A DNA stretch of 63,619 nucleotides, the filler included, from Lenisia limosa (Eukaryota; Protista; Breviatea), in NCBI GenBank assembly GCA_001655205.1. It is 12 parts of 12 records of this genome, joined end to end, with 100 filler letters (N's around TTAATTAATTAA, not from the genome) between each part and the next. Parts side by side here need not be neighbours in the genome. Positions count along the whole stretch, not along the records: positions 36,394 to 37,607 come from LPNZ01008405.1; positions 37,708 to 40,296 come from LPNZ01006127.1; positions 40,397 to 42,875 come from LPNZ01006656.1; positions 42,976 to 45,406 come from LPNZ01005614.1; positions 45,507 to 47,574 come from LPNZ01006564.1; positions 47,675 to 50,822 come from LPNZ01009894.1; 6 more parts are not named here. The stretch is one strand, 5' to 3'. The translations under genes and the position numbers were made by a program. This document shows positions 37,596 through 48,932 of this stretch, piece after piece (within the stretch, counting starts at the first letter, position 1; the number at the start of each line of letters is the position of its first letter). A model generated the notes under the pieces. It was not told the DNA's origin and ran no database searches. It worked only from the letters and a program-made list of their open reading frames with translations.

Positions 37596-39219
37596 GGGGG
37601 GGGGGGGNNNNNNNNNNNNNNNNNNNNNNNNNNNNNNNNNNNNNNNNNNNNTTAATTAATTAANNNNNNNNNNNNNNNNNNNNNNNNNNNNNNNNNNNNN
37701 NNNNNNNGTCATCCAACAGAGTTGATTTGGGCTCTTTGTTTCATAAATAATTTACGATCAAGTCATAACTAGGGCTTCTCTCAGTTACACAAAATTCTGG
37801 AAAGGAGTGAAGCCCTAGTTAGCATACCCACCCCCAAGTATCCAAAGGGCGACCCTTTGATACCAAAAAAGGACGGAATTTCTCGTTAAATCCTTGATTA
37901 ATATCGATAATTTTCCGGTATTTTTCTGACCGTCGAAAAGCCTTAGTGAGGCTTTGTTTGTTTGAGTTGTCTTCAACCTTAGTTTGTTCAAATATGAGAC
38001 AATACCCCCTTTTTTTTTTGTTTGGAGTTTCAGATTTTTCGGTTCGTGGTCAGTAACATCACGTNNNNNNNNNNNNNNNNNNNNNNNNNNNNNNNNNNNN
38101 NNNNNNNNNNNNNNNNNNNNNNNNNNNNNNNNNNNNNNNNNNNNNNNNNNNNNNNNNNNNNNNNNNNNNNNNNNNNNNNNNNNNNNNNNNNNNNNNNNNN
38201 NNNNNNNNNNNNNNNNNATAAACACAGTTGATGATCATGTATGTAGGGGGTAAACACTGTTGATGGTTACTGTTGGAGGGTAAACACTGTGGATAGTTAT
38301 GTGTGTTTGAGGTGTTAAGTATTGCCTATGGTCATGTTTGTGGTATTTTTTGTTTATCAAAATATGTCACCCTTCGTTTACCTTTTTCTTCGTTTTGATA
38401 CCCCCTCTCCCTCAAAATTTCCTTCGTTTACCTCCCCATACAGAGTTGATTTTGGTGTTTCATAATTTTTCAATTTTACCCCCCCCCCCCCAGCTGGNNN
38501 NNNNNNNNNNNNNNNNNNNNNNNNNNNNNNNNNNNNNNNNNNNNNNNNNNNNNNNNNNNNNNNNNNNNNNNNNNNNNNNNNNNNNNNNNNNNNNNNNNNN
38601 NNNNNNNNNNNNNNNNNNNNNNNNNNNNNNNNNNNNNNNNNNNNNNNNNNNNNNNNNNNNNNNNNNNNNNNNNNNNNNNNNNNNNNNNNNNNNNNNNNNN
38701 NNNNNNNNNNNNNNNNNNNNNNNNNNNNNNNNNNNNNNNNNNNNNNNNNNNNNNAGGCGGTAAATGTGAAGGAAATGCCAATGAAGAATCCTGGCAATCT
38801 CCATTGTACTCCCCACATACACACACTGAAAACACCAAAATTTGAACCATCCCCTGGAGTCTGTGTATGTGAGGCAGGTGGATGGAAGGAACTAATAAAG
38901 CGAAAAGAAATCAATCAACAAAATCGACTTCACTTTTTGTTNNNNNNNNNNNNNNNNNNNNNNNNNNNNNNNNNNNNNNNNNNNNNNNNNNNNNNNNNNN
39001 NNNNNNNNNNNNNNNNNNNNNNNNNNNNNNNNNNNNNNNNNNNNNNNNNNNNNNNNNNNNNNNNNNNNNNNNNNNNNNNNNNNNNNNNNNNNNNNNNNNN
39101 NNNNNNNNNNNNNNTTATCTTTGCACCAATATTCTTCATCGAAAATTCCATCGTTTTAGAGTTGATTTGGGTTTTTTTTTTTGTTTCATGATTTTTCCAA
39201 TTTTACTCCCCGCTCCCAG

Positions 39220-39290
39220 GTTCTCTTCCAAAAAGCCTGCCGACCATTAGTGGACTCTGTCTGTGATGGTTACAACGCCACTCTTTTTGC
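39220..39290 (+). CDS. Kinesin motor-domain exon (region just before the P-loop); rest of the gene not recovered
   Basis: AG-bounded exon VLFQKACRPLVDSVCDGYNATLFA, matching the kinesin consensus PLVxxVxxGYNxTIFAYGQTGSGKT. The next exon was not found. Confidence 0.6.
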
Positions 39291-39499
39291 GTTAGCTCCA
39301 CTTTTGCATATTTACATCCGCTTATGCTTATTGTTTACTCTCTTCCATTATCTGCCATACAGTACTGATATTTATTCTATTGATTATATATTATGTATAT
39401 TATATCATATGATGCTGGGGAGGCACGCAGAAGGCTGTATGCACAGAGTTGTAAGGCATGGGTGAACTAATATATCCAATATCTCTTGTTAGCTGATAT

Positions 39500-39630
39500 G
39501 GACGTTCGGCCAGGTACAACCTTATTTTTATTTCTCATTGCACCACCCTCCCCCCTTATCCCCTCTCCTCCTCCTTGGGGGGGAGGGTGCAATGAGACAT
39601 AAATATAAGGTTGTACCTGGCCGAACGTCC
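39500..39630. repeat. Long foldback palindrome built from two inverted family C ends
   Basis: ggacgttcggccaggtacaaccttatt...ctcattgcaccaccctcccccc pairs with ggggggagggtgcaatgag...ataaggttgtacctggccgaacgtcc around a short loop. Confidence 0.85.
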
Positions 39631-40649
39631 TTGCAAGAGAAATTGTATGGTAATAATATTAATGCACCCAATCATTTGCCTTACAACTCTGTGCACACAG
39701 CTTTCTGTGGGCCTCATTAGGGTAATAGTGAGGGGGGCGTAATATTAACTATTAGTGAATACCCTATTAAAAGCAGGCCGCTAAACCATGAAACCTCGCA
39801 GTGTATGGTTTTTTCAATGGATTTGGGGGGAGCCATTTTTGACCATATATTTGGGGCTTGTAGTGCTTCAAACATAGCCAAATTGCGCAGTTAGAGCTTG
39901 ACAAACCTTTTTTTACGAGTAAATACAATGGTGTGTACTTTCGAATAGTAAAAAACATCGATCACAAGCCTCAAGCAGGATTTTGGACATTTTACAGCAT
40001 GTCATTTTCTTATATCTCTTTCCATTTATGAAAGAAATGAACAAATGAAAAGAAATTTGGATTTGGGGCTCGGTTAATATCACCTAATGGATCTCTTTAA
40101 CAGACTGCTTGAAAGAGAAGAGACATGAAATGTTTATTAAAATCTAGGGCACCCCATTCTTCTATAAATTTTCCTTTTTTGTACACCCCCTCTCCCTTTA
40201 CCAATATTCTTCATCGAAATTTCATTTTCACCTCTCCACCCAAATTTGGGGACTCTTTTTTTTTCTCCAAAATTTCCCATTTCACCCCCCCCCCCCNNNN
40301 NNNNNNNNNNNNNNNNNNNNNNNNNNNNNNNNNNNNNNNNTTAATTAATTAANNNNNNNNNNNNNNNNNNNNNNNNNNNNNNNNNNNNNNNNNNNNGATA
40401 TGGCTATTAAAACACGGGCTCTAGAGGCAGGACGATGCCAAGGAGCGTGGGCGCGGAAGTATGGTAATTTGTTTATGGTCTCCCTATGTATTTATTTGTA
40501 ATCCTAGATTTCTAATGTATATGATATTATTTATCTAATATCAAAAAGAAAAGGAGGTGGGGGGGGAGGTCCACAATGATAATATTGATGAAATACGATG
40601 TCATAAAAAGGGGTCAATTTAATAAAATAAGTGACATGAATGGCAACAC

Positions 40650-42700
40650 GCGAAAATTCCAAACAGCCGAACAATCCCTCCAACCCTTGAATCTCTGGAA
40701 GTTTGTAGCCCTCACTTGGAGAAGAACTGCTATCGTCTGTTTCGTAAGTTTTTGCAAGCATGAAGAAAAATAAAAATTGAGAGATTAGAAATGAAACAAA
40801 GTTATATCTGGCCTCACCATCACACTTATAAGTAAGGTTTCCCTGCGGTCAGAAAAAAATGTATTTTTACTTCACTTAATTACTTGCCAAACATCCCTTT
40901 ACATACAGCTTTCTGGGTGCCTCACCAGTTATTGTGAATAGAGCTTCAATTTGGTTCGAAAAACTCCTGTAAAATATCGACTGTTTTTGAGAATTTCTCG
41001 AGAAATTCAGTCTTTTTTTCAAATCGAAGTGAAGCCCTCAATATGAACGATATTAGTCATTCTTCCCATCATGTCGAAAGGCTACCCCATACCTTAAGAA
41101 GATAGGCCGCCGACTCAGCAGTGACACACGGAGACAAAGCAACAAGCAGCCAGTTGAAAGAAAACACCTTCAAAGTTATATTCGAATATCAATGGAATAC
41201 CAAGGGAATATCACAGTCAGTGTTAAGATACCAAGGAAAAATCAAAGTCAGTCAGTATTGCTCAAGATCAAGAATCTGTTTCGATTATTACCTTAAGTAC
41301 ACAGTCAATGTCTCTCGGCTGACCAGCGTTCAGTACCTAGGGTGGTGATGACCAAGTTTTACAGATACCATAAAAAATATAGAATTACACCTCAACCCGA
41401 AGAGAACAAAGTAACCTCTCACTCAAATATTGAAACTAGCCAATGATTGGAAAATAAACCCCCAATATTCAGAATTCATCACTATTCAAGCAATAGAATA
41501 GCCCTCTTCCCAAACAACAACTGAATAACCCCCAAAAGCAAGAGTACAATACACACACCCACCTCCAAGACAGTACTAAGCGCGATGTTGGTGAGAGCCT
41601 GCTTCCTGCCATTATCTGCCTCGCTGACCGACAATAAGCCTGAAGATGTGCATCCGAGGTCAAGATATCCCATGTCTGAGTCGCTAGGCTTCTGGAGGGT
41701 TAGCAAGCGGATGGGGCGAGGGTAGTGGAGGTTGATCGTATATCAATGATTTTTGCTCCTCAAATATAACAAGAAAAATCCTAAATGTAGTAGTTTCAAA
41801 ATTATAAATAGTTTGAAAACGCTGCAGAACCTCAGTAACAAGTGAAACAACAACAACAAAAAAAAAACCCCCAACGCACGAATTTTATTCCGTTAGAGCC
41901 AGAGAACGACAAAAGAACGGTCGAGCTAAGTAGGCGAAGGGTGTCAATACGCACATCGGCTGTGACGGTCGTGTCTAAAACGGGTTAATGAATGGGGGAA
42001 ATATGGTGCTGAGTGTATTGATGGAAGGGATTTACTCAAAAATGAACAAAGATGGTTGAAAAAATTGAATACAGACATAAGACCATTCAACTAAATGCCC
42101 TTTTTGCTAACTAAGTAGAGAGCTGAGATCGGAGAAGAGGTTGTAAGGAACCTGCGGGAGAGTAAATGGAAAATTTATGAAAAAAAAAAAAAAACCCAGA
42201 ATCTTCTATTGGCTACCCCCTCAGGGCGGCGACGGCGGGGGGGTATTTTGTGTTGAAAAATAAAGACAAAATACAAATGTGCTTCTAAAAACAAAATATC
42301 ATATTGTTGAAAAATGTAATATTGTTATAAAAACAATATTGACATAAAATGTTGTTACAAAACGAAGTCGGAAATATTCACTTGGAGAACCACGGGGGTA
42401 TTCTTCACATACCTTTGAGTCCGTGAGAGTGAAGAGAAGCAAGTCTATCAGATGCAACGACCTCAGAAGGGACTGCGGCACTCCCAGGCTTCCGCTGAAC
42501 CGGACCACTCTTCGAATACTAGTGGATAATTGGGGGAGGCCTTCAGAGATATATAATGTCACGCCTCTCCCAAGTTAAGATATATAATTACAAGCCTCAC
42601 CAAGTCAAAGCAGCTTGCTGAGAGACAAGGGAGGCTGAACGCCAAATATCGAAGTTGATGAAGAACGCCTGGGGTGTTAAACAAAGGCTTCAAATAATAC
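40650..42700 (-). CDS. Uncharacterised Leu-rich multi-exon gene, partial
   Basis: Exon-like blocks GVLHQLRYLAFSLPCLSASCFDLVRL, GLPQLSTSIRRVVRFSGSLGVPQSLLRSLHLIDLLLFTLTDSK and QKPSDSDMGYLDLGCTSSGLLSV. No family recognised. Confidence 0.4.
40939..41039. mobile_element. MITE family A copy
   Basis: ta-gagcttcaatttggttcg...caaatcgaagtgaagccc. Confidence 0.7.
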
Positions 42701-43373
42701 AAGCAGGTGATATCAACAAAAAAAAGCCCTAAATCAACTCTGTTGGCTAACAACACACAAGAAATAGTTTTTATTACAAACATCACAGATACCAAGAAAA
42801 GTACATACTATTTACTAACCCCCCCTGCTAGTGTATTTGTCAAAATTTCAAGAATATTTCGTTTTACTCTCCTTCNNNNNNNNNNNNNNNNNNNNNNNNN
42901 NNNNNNNNNNNNNNNNNNNTTAATTAATTAANNNNNNNNNNNNNNNNNNNNNNNNNNNNNNNNNNNNNNNNNNNNCACTCCAGAATGTTGGAATGGTTAT
43001 GTTCTTTCTCACTTCTGTTTGCCCTGACCACAAGGAGCACTTAGACGGCAATATTGTTGGATGGGAAGATTGACAGGGTTGAGTGAATCTTCTCCAATTA
43101 TTTTTTGTCATTGCTAAATGCAATGACTTTCCAGCCAAACTGCCCTCAATGTGACAAGGAAACCGAGCTTCTACTACAACCTGCTGTTCTTCTTCTAGAA
43201 GAGGTGGGCTGAATTTCTTTTTGCCTTGACTCTTATACGGGTTAGTTTTGGGGGCAACATGTTGCAAGGGAAGCCCTTCTCTTCGCTGTGCTTGACATGT
43301 GTGAGCACAACATTCTCCCTGAGAAGGCCATGACTTTTGTCTGGTGCTGCAAACAAAACAACCTTCGCTCACA

Positions 43374-45390
43374 ATGGCTTGCCCGTTCCTTCATGGCTAG
43401 GTTTGTACTGCTCCCTTCTTAATTATGTTAATATGCAATAAATGTTCTATCTTTTGATATCAGATTGTCAACCCTCACGCCCCAGTCCTCATAACTTCGA
43501 CCGAACTGACAACACCATTGAATTGGACTTTGTGCTTCCTATCCCCAAAAACATCAAGAGTGGGTTGCGCACAATTTCTTAAGCAGGATGTTAACATATA
43601 ATAGGCAAAATTGTTCAGTTAGTTGAAAAGCTCCGTGCCGACTTAGAGACTGAAAATGAAGCTCGTTCTGTCAAGCTTCCTGGAGGTATGGTGGCGGGAA
43701 TTGGGAAGGCTTTCTCATGATAGTTCACTTTTGTGTTTTGTTCAAAGTGTGGCAATGGAAGCAGCTTGACCTTACAGGAGAGCCGTCATTGGAGGGCGTG
43801 CTGCCATTCTTTAACATAGAGTCCAAACGAGAGGTTCTCTTTGTGGAAGAGAAACCCGTGTTTACTGTGCTGATTGATGCAGGACTCATGGGATCTAACG
43901 GTAAGCATCGGGACATTTTAGAACATATCGTCGTATTGGAAACATATCATATGTACACAATCTGGTCTTCAGTAGGATTCTGATAACTGTAGCACCTCCT
44001 GTTCTGTATGTATCAGTGACCGTGTTTAACCTTGGAGATGAGAAACTCAGTTTGTGGCGCAGGAGGATACCCATTTGTTTTCTGTATTGACATTATAGAT
44101 GTCGGGCGAACAGATCTCGATTTCTGTAATGACTACACCCTCCAGCCCCCACACCTGAGTTGGCTGGCGAAGACCTACTTATTATTGATACGTATACATA
44201 AGATTGTCACCTATTCAGGTCATGGATTTGTTGCTCAGTTCAACTTGGCTCAAGGCGAGTACATGCTCTTTAGAAAGGGAACAGGTTTGCTTATTTACCA
44301 TTAGTTTTATTTCTTTACTCCACTCATGTTGTTTACTCACTATGAAGGCAAACCCCAGAAGCACGATTTGGCACACCAGATTTCTTTCAAACTTAAAAGC
44401 GTGGCTGGTAACTCTGAAAGTGAGTCAGGTTTTCTTAATCCAGGAATGCTATATTTTTAGATTGGTTACCCAAAATGTTTTTTCCCCCGTAGTTTTTTGT
44501 TAGTACTTTTTAAAAATTTCATTTTTTTTTGTAATCCTGCAGGCCGTCGTCCAAATGGCAAGACTCTGACATGCGCGTATGTCCGTTTTGTGCTCTCTGT
44601 TGACCCAAAGTTCCAAAGCGAGAGTATAGTTGAGGTAGGTAGTTAGCCTTGCTGTGCGGAGTTGACACCACAGGTCCACCGCACCCCAACGATGTTAGTT
44701 CAAAGCAGCCCGCGAGGCCAACGGAAGCGCCGTCGGAATCAATCTGACCGCCCCCTTCAGACCGTTTCCGTCTACACCTCAGCCGGCGACTTGACTGTCG
44801 ATCGAGAACCTGTTTACTACGACCCATCGGATACCGCATCACAATCAAGGTGAGCCCAGCCTTCTCTTCCAAAGATTAAATGGGTTTATTTGATTTTAGT
44901 CCTCTTGTGTTCCTTTTTAGTCAAGTAATGGTGACTAATTGCACTTCTGAAGTGACATTATAGTCATTCGGAGTCAACTTTACCGTCTGTTGCACCGGTA
45001 CCTTCCCAGCCCCTCCCCCAGCAACTGCCCCTCCCCCAGCCAACCGCTTATGTATGGTCACTGATGGAAAGACCCATATTTTTTCATGGCTATGTTTACT
45101 CTCAGGATTCACACCCCCCACCATCGCCTGCANNNNNNNNNNNNNNNNNNNNNNNNNNNNNNNNNNNNNNNNNNNNNNNNNNNNNNNNNNNNNNNNNNNN
45201 NNNNGCCAGGGACACCCAGGTTCGCTTTTTGAATGATAATTATATTGTGAGAGAATCAGTCTCATTGTCAAATAGCCTATTGTGACACAGACTATTTTTA
45301 TCCATTTTGGACTTTCTGACAATCAGATGACCAACTTCCCTATCATGAACCTGATCCCTCCAGTGACCACGGATCCCAATAACTTGTAAT
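43374..45390 (+). CDS. Uncharacterised multi-exon gene, partial
   Basis: GT/AG-bounded blocks DCQPSRPSPHNFDRTDNTIELDFVLPIPKNIK, VWQWKQLDLTGEPSLEGVLPFFNIESKREV and KTLTCAYVRFVLSVDPKFQSESIVE. No family recognised. Confidence 0.4.
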
Positions 45391-45646
45391 TGGGGGGGGG
45401 GGGGTTNNNNNNNNNNNNNNNNNNNNNNNNNNNNNNNNNNNNNNNNNNNNTTAATTAATTAANNNNNNNNNNNNNNNNNNNNNNNNNNNNNNNNNNNNNN
45501 NNNNNNTGGCTGACAACACACAAGAGTTGAGACAACAAAACAAACAACGCCCAGGCCTGTCGCTTCTGCAGCACCGGGATTTCAATATTTGTCAATTATT
45601 GTTTTCAAAAAACAGGAAACTCCTTGACAAAATCCATAGAACATAC

Positions 45647-47009
45647 CTGGGGGTGACGTAATGTGAACCGAACTGCCCCTCGAAGCCGACGGTAAAGACT
45701 GACACACCCTCTCCAACTTCACGGGTTTTCTAGGGGTGAGGGGGTCAAAATGGAAAATTCATGGGAAGGGGTTGGTAAAATGGAGGACAATTTGTGGGGA
45801 GGGTGAAGCCCAAAATCAAAGAGGGAGTGGAGCAACAATAGACAATTTAGAATTTCAAATAACACACCATATATCAACTCTGTTGGAAAACAAAACTCCT
45901 TGATTTCGGTTAGCGATAATTTTTTTTTTTTTTTTTTTTTNNNNNNNNNNNNNNNNNNNNNNNNNNNNNNNNNNNNNNNNNNNNNNNNNNNNNNNNNNNN
46001 NNNNNNNNNNNNNNNNNNNNNNNNCTAATATCTCTGTCAAAACCACTTCATACATATAATATTCATTGTGAGAACTTAGGGTATATTCACGCTATTGTCC
46101 AGACTCATTATATGCGGAAATGAGAAATCAACATTGGTTGTATTTGGCCGAAGCCGTCCACTCCATCACGCAGACACTTTCTGTACATATGATATTATAG
46201 CTGTTTGGTACTAGGGGTCCAAAAAGTCAGATAAAATACCGATATTTTCAAGGATTTATCGAGGAATTCAGCTTTATTCGGACCGAAGAGAAGTCCTAAT
46301 TAAAACGAAGCCAAGGAAAAATTCAGTTCTTCATTGGATGAAAGGGAAATTCTAGTAGTTCGTATGTGTACTAATCACCAAAAAAGTAGTGGAATGGACG
46401 GACTCAGCTAAACACCGCCCTTTACACTTATATTCATGCTGCAGATCTCTCCTTGAATATATTATCATTTCAAAGAGTTGATTGTCTAACAAAATGTAAC
46501 GGTTTCTTTGATCATCCTAAAGAAGAGAAAAATCCATAGTGCTGCAGAACCAAAGGCTAATAACCTCCCCCATAAATAAACAATATTCCGATAATCTGGT
46601 AATTTAGAACGGTTTCCATACCATTTTCACAAAAGACGGGTCAAGGCTTTCCATCTCGATCTTGACTGCTTCTTCAATTGCGGGAATGAAGTCACTAGGA
46701 CGTGCAATCATCCTGAAAAGTGGTTAAGCGTCATAATGAAGAGAGAAAAGGGCCAAAGAGAGCCAAAGGCAAACCGTCTTGCAAGATCTGGGTCATGTTG
46801 GCGGAGATCGTCCAAATCAATGATGAGGCGGTTGGAATCAAGGTCAACCATGCCTTGAAGCTGCAGAGTTAGCGCTTGGAACGACCGATCGTGTAACGAC
46901 TTTCCAAAAACCCGCTTACCTTTTCACGATAGCCATCTCCAGTATCTGGATTCAAGAAAAGAGAGAACTGTTTGACGATCTCGACGTCATGGGTCTCTGT
47001 GTCGGCCAT
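45647..47009 (-). CDS. MCM3: DNA replication licensing factor MCM3, N-terminal part (truncated by the contig end)
   Basis: MADTETHDVEIVKQFSLFLNPDTGDGYREK-LQGMVDLDSNRLIIDLDDLRQHDPDLARR-MIARPSDFIPAIEEAVK...SFVKM-KTREVGEGVSVFTVGFEGQFGSHYVTPR. The last block matches the MCM3 motif VGLEGSFGxxHVSPR. Confidence 0.88.
46212..46298. mobile_element. Degenerate MITE family A copy in an MCM3 intron
   Basis: ta-ggggtccaaaaagtcag...gaggaattcagctttattcggaccgaagagaagtcc-ta. Confidence 0.6.
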
Positions 47010-47428
47010 TGTGGGACTCGGGTAGCAAAGTCGTCTGTTCTCCTGCTGTCCAAGAAGGATATAAGTAAAGCCTTTTGTAACAACTGCTAATTCAACTAAT
47101 TCTAAGTAGAAAGCTCGAAAAGGCCGGTTTTTCAGTTTATTTATTGAGGAAAAGAAGGGCTTTTATACCCACCCCAGGTTGCTTCCCCATATAATTTCCT
47201 CAAAAGGCAAGTGAACGGCTTCAAACCATTTCCACTCAACAAAATTGAGTATCTATGGTTCTATTATTATTTTATTATTATAATTATTAGAAATCTGATC
47301 CACAGGCAAGTTATCAATTACTTTTGCCACATCTCTCTATTCACAGAATTGGGTTAGTGGCTTCTTTGTTTTTTCATCCGTTTGTGCCAGTAATTTGAAA
47401 CGGTAACGCATATCCACCTACACATTAG

Positions 47429-47506
47429 TTTCATGCTTGACAGACGATTGCCGGATTTCCTTTCATGCTTGACAGATGATTGCCGAATTTCCTTTCATGC
47501 TTGACC
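47429..47506. repeat. Tandem repeat, 32 bp unit, about 2.4 copies
   Basis: tttcatgcttgacagacgattgccggatttcc / tttcatgcttgacagatgattgccgaatttcc / tttcatgcttgacc. Confidence 0.8.
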
Positions 47507-48849
47507 TGGCCAACTTGCCGCCAATCTACAGTGAAGTACAATGCCGCACCCAGGCCCTGGACCAGGACTGCAGTNNNNNNNNNNNNNNNNNNNNNNNNNN
47601 NNNNNNNNNNNNNNNNNNTTAATTAATTAANNNNNNNNNNNNNNNNNNNNNNNNNNNNNNNNNNNNNNNNNNNNGTAAAATTGGAATATTTATAAAACAA
47701 AAAATAAGCCCAAAATCAACTCTGTTGGCTGACAATACACGATGGTTGATATCAACAAAACAAACAAAGCCCAGGCCAGTGCTTCAATCAGTAAGAATCG
47801 TAGAGTTTCCTTAATGAATAAATGTATTATATACCATAACTAATACGAGATTTCAAATAGAGTACATACCTAGTAACATTTTTCATGAGAGTTACAACTA
47901 AGATATCACCCAATGGAACTCAATGCTACCTCGTCGCTGGAATTGTTTTTGAGAACGTAAACCACTTTATTGTTGAGAGAAAAAAAACACTGTTATACGA
48001 CATGAAACCTGTTCATGTGTGTGACTTTTGGAACCGAACGTGAAGATCTAATCATCTTGGAGAAGCTTTTAAGTCCCTCTTCGATGAATCTTGCTTGGGG
48101 TATCCCCGCTTTAAAGGACCTTTGAATTTACCATTTGATATTATTTAGATCTTTTTAAAATTGGGAAAGTGAGGCTACCTGTGCATTCTGTACAAACCCG
48201 GAAGATATGTTATTAACAATACTTTAAAGTCACCATCCTTATCAGTACCCCCACTGACTGCCATTTTTGTTTAATTGTTTTGCTTCATTATCTCCCAAGT
48301 TCTCTTTTTTGGATCCGGCCTTTGCCTCCTCTTTTACCTGTTGGTGAAGCTACATTGTGAACCATCACAAATTATTTCACGGTATGGTGTTATTCGTAGA
48401 TTCATTGTTTCAGGGAGGGTACAATCCAACAGATGCCCAGCTTCTTTACCAAGGGTATTCAAATTGCATTACACATGGGTAGTACGTCATGGAAAAGCAG
48501 CTCAGAAGCTCGGGAAAAAAGGGTTGTTATTTTTTTCTTTTCCAAACTATCCACTGCTTTTTTGTTTCATTGTCTTTTTTTGCGCTACTGCACCTGTTTC
48601 CCCCTATTCCTTGAATATGATAAGGAAAAAATGGATGTCTTTTTTTTGGAGCTAATTGTACCATAAAACTAAAGTATTATCGGCTCCTGAAAACACAAGG
48701 CTATTCTCAAGTTTTTGCTTCAAGACACTCGAATATTACACGTGGCTTCTGAAAAAGAGAGCAACCATGAGGCAACAATGACTCAATGGTGAAAAGGTTA
48801 TTCAAAAGAGAGAAGAAAAAAGGAAGAAAAAAAAAAAAAGAAATATTAG

Positions 48850-48858
48850 AAAAAAAAA
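48850..48858 (-). terminator. RNA polymerase III terminator (oligo-T) downstream of tRNA-Ala
   Basis: A run of T on the minus strand begins 2 nt after the tRNA 3' end. Confidence 0.7.
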
Positions 48859-48859
48859 C

Positions 48860-48932
48860 TGGAGAAGCTGGGCATCGATCCCAGTGCCTCTCGCATGCTA
48901 AGCGAGCGCTCTACCACTTGAGCTACATCCCC
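48860..48932 (-). tRNA. tRNA-Ala (anticodon AGC), intronless
   Basis: GGGGATGTAGCTCAAGTGGTAGAGCGCTCGCTTAGCATGCGAGAGGCACTGGGATCGATGCCCAGCTTCTCCA, 73 nt. Cloverleaf, G3:U70 alanine identity pair, and the T-loop ATCG variant typical of eukaryotic tRNA-Ala. Confidence 0.96.

Noticed and set aside
47429-47506. 32-bp direct repeats as a CRISPR array (also the 24-bp repeats at 25909)
   Set aside because: The units are directly adjacent with no unique spacers, there are no cas genes, and the context is eukaryotic. These are ordinary minisatellites.
48860-48932. U-U mismatch in the tRNA-Ala acceptor stem as a sign of a pseudogene or editing
   Set aside because: A single mismatch at 6:67 is tolerated. 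The identity elements, A/B boxes and terminator are intact.
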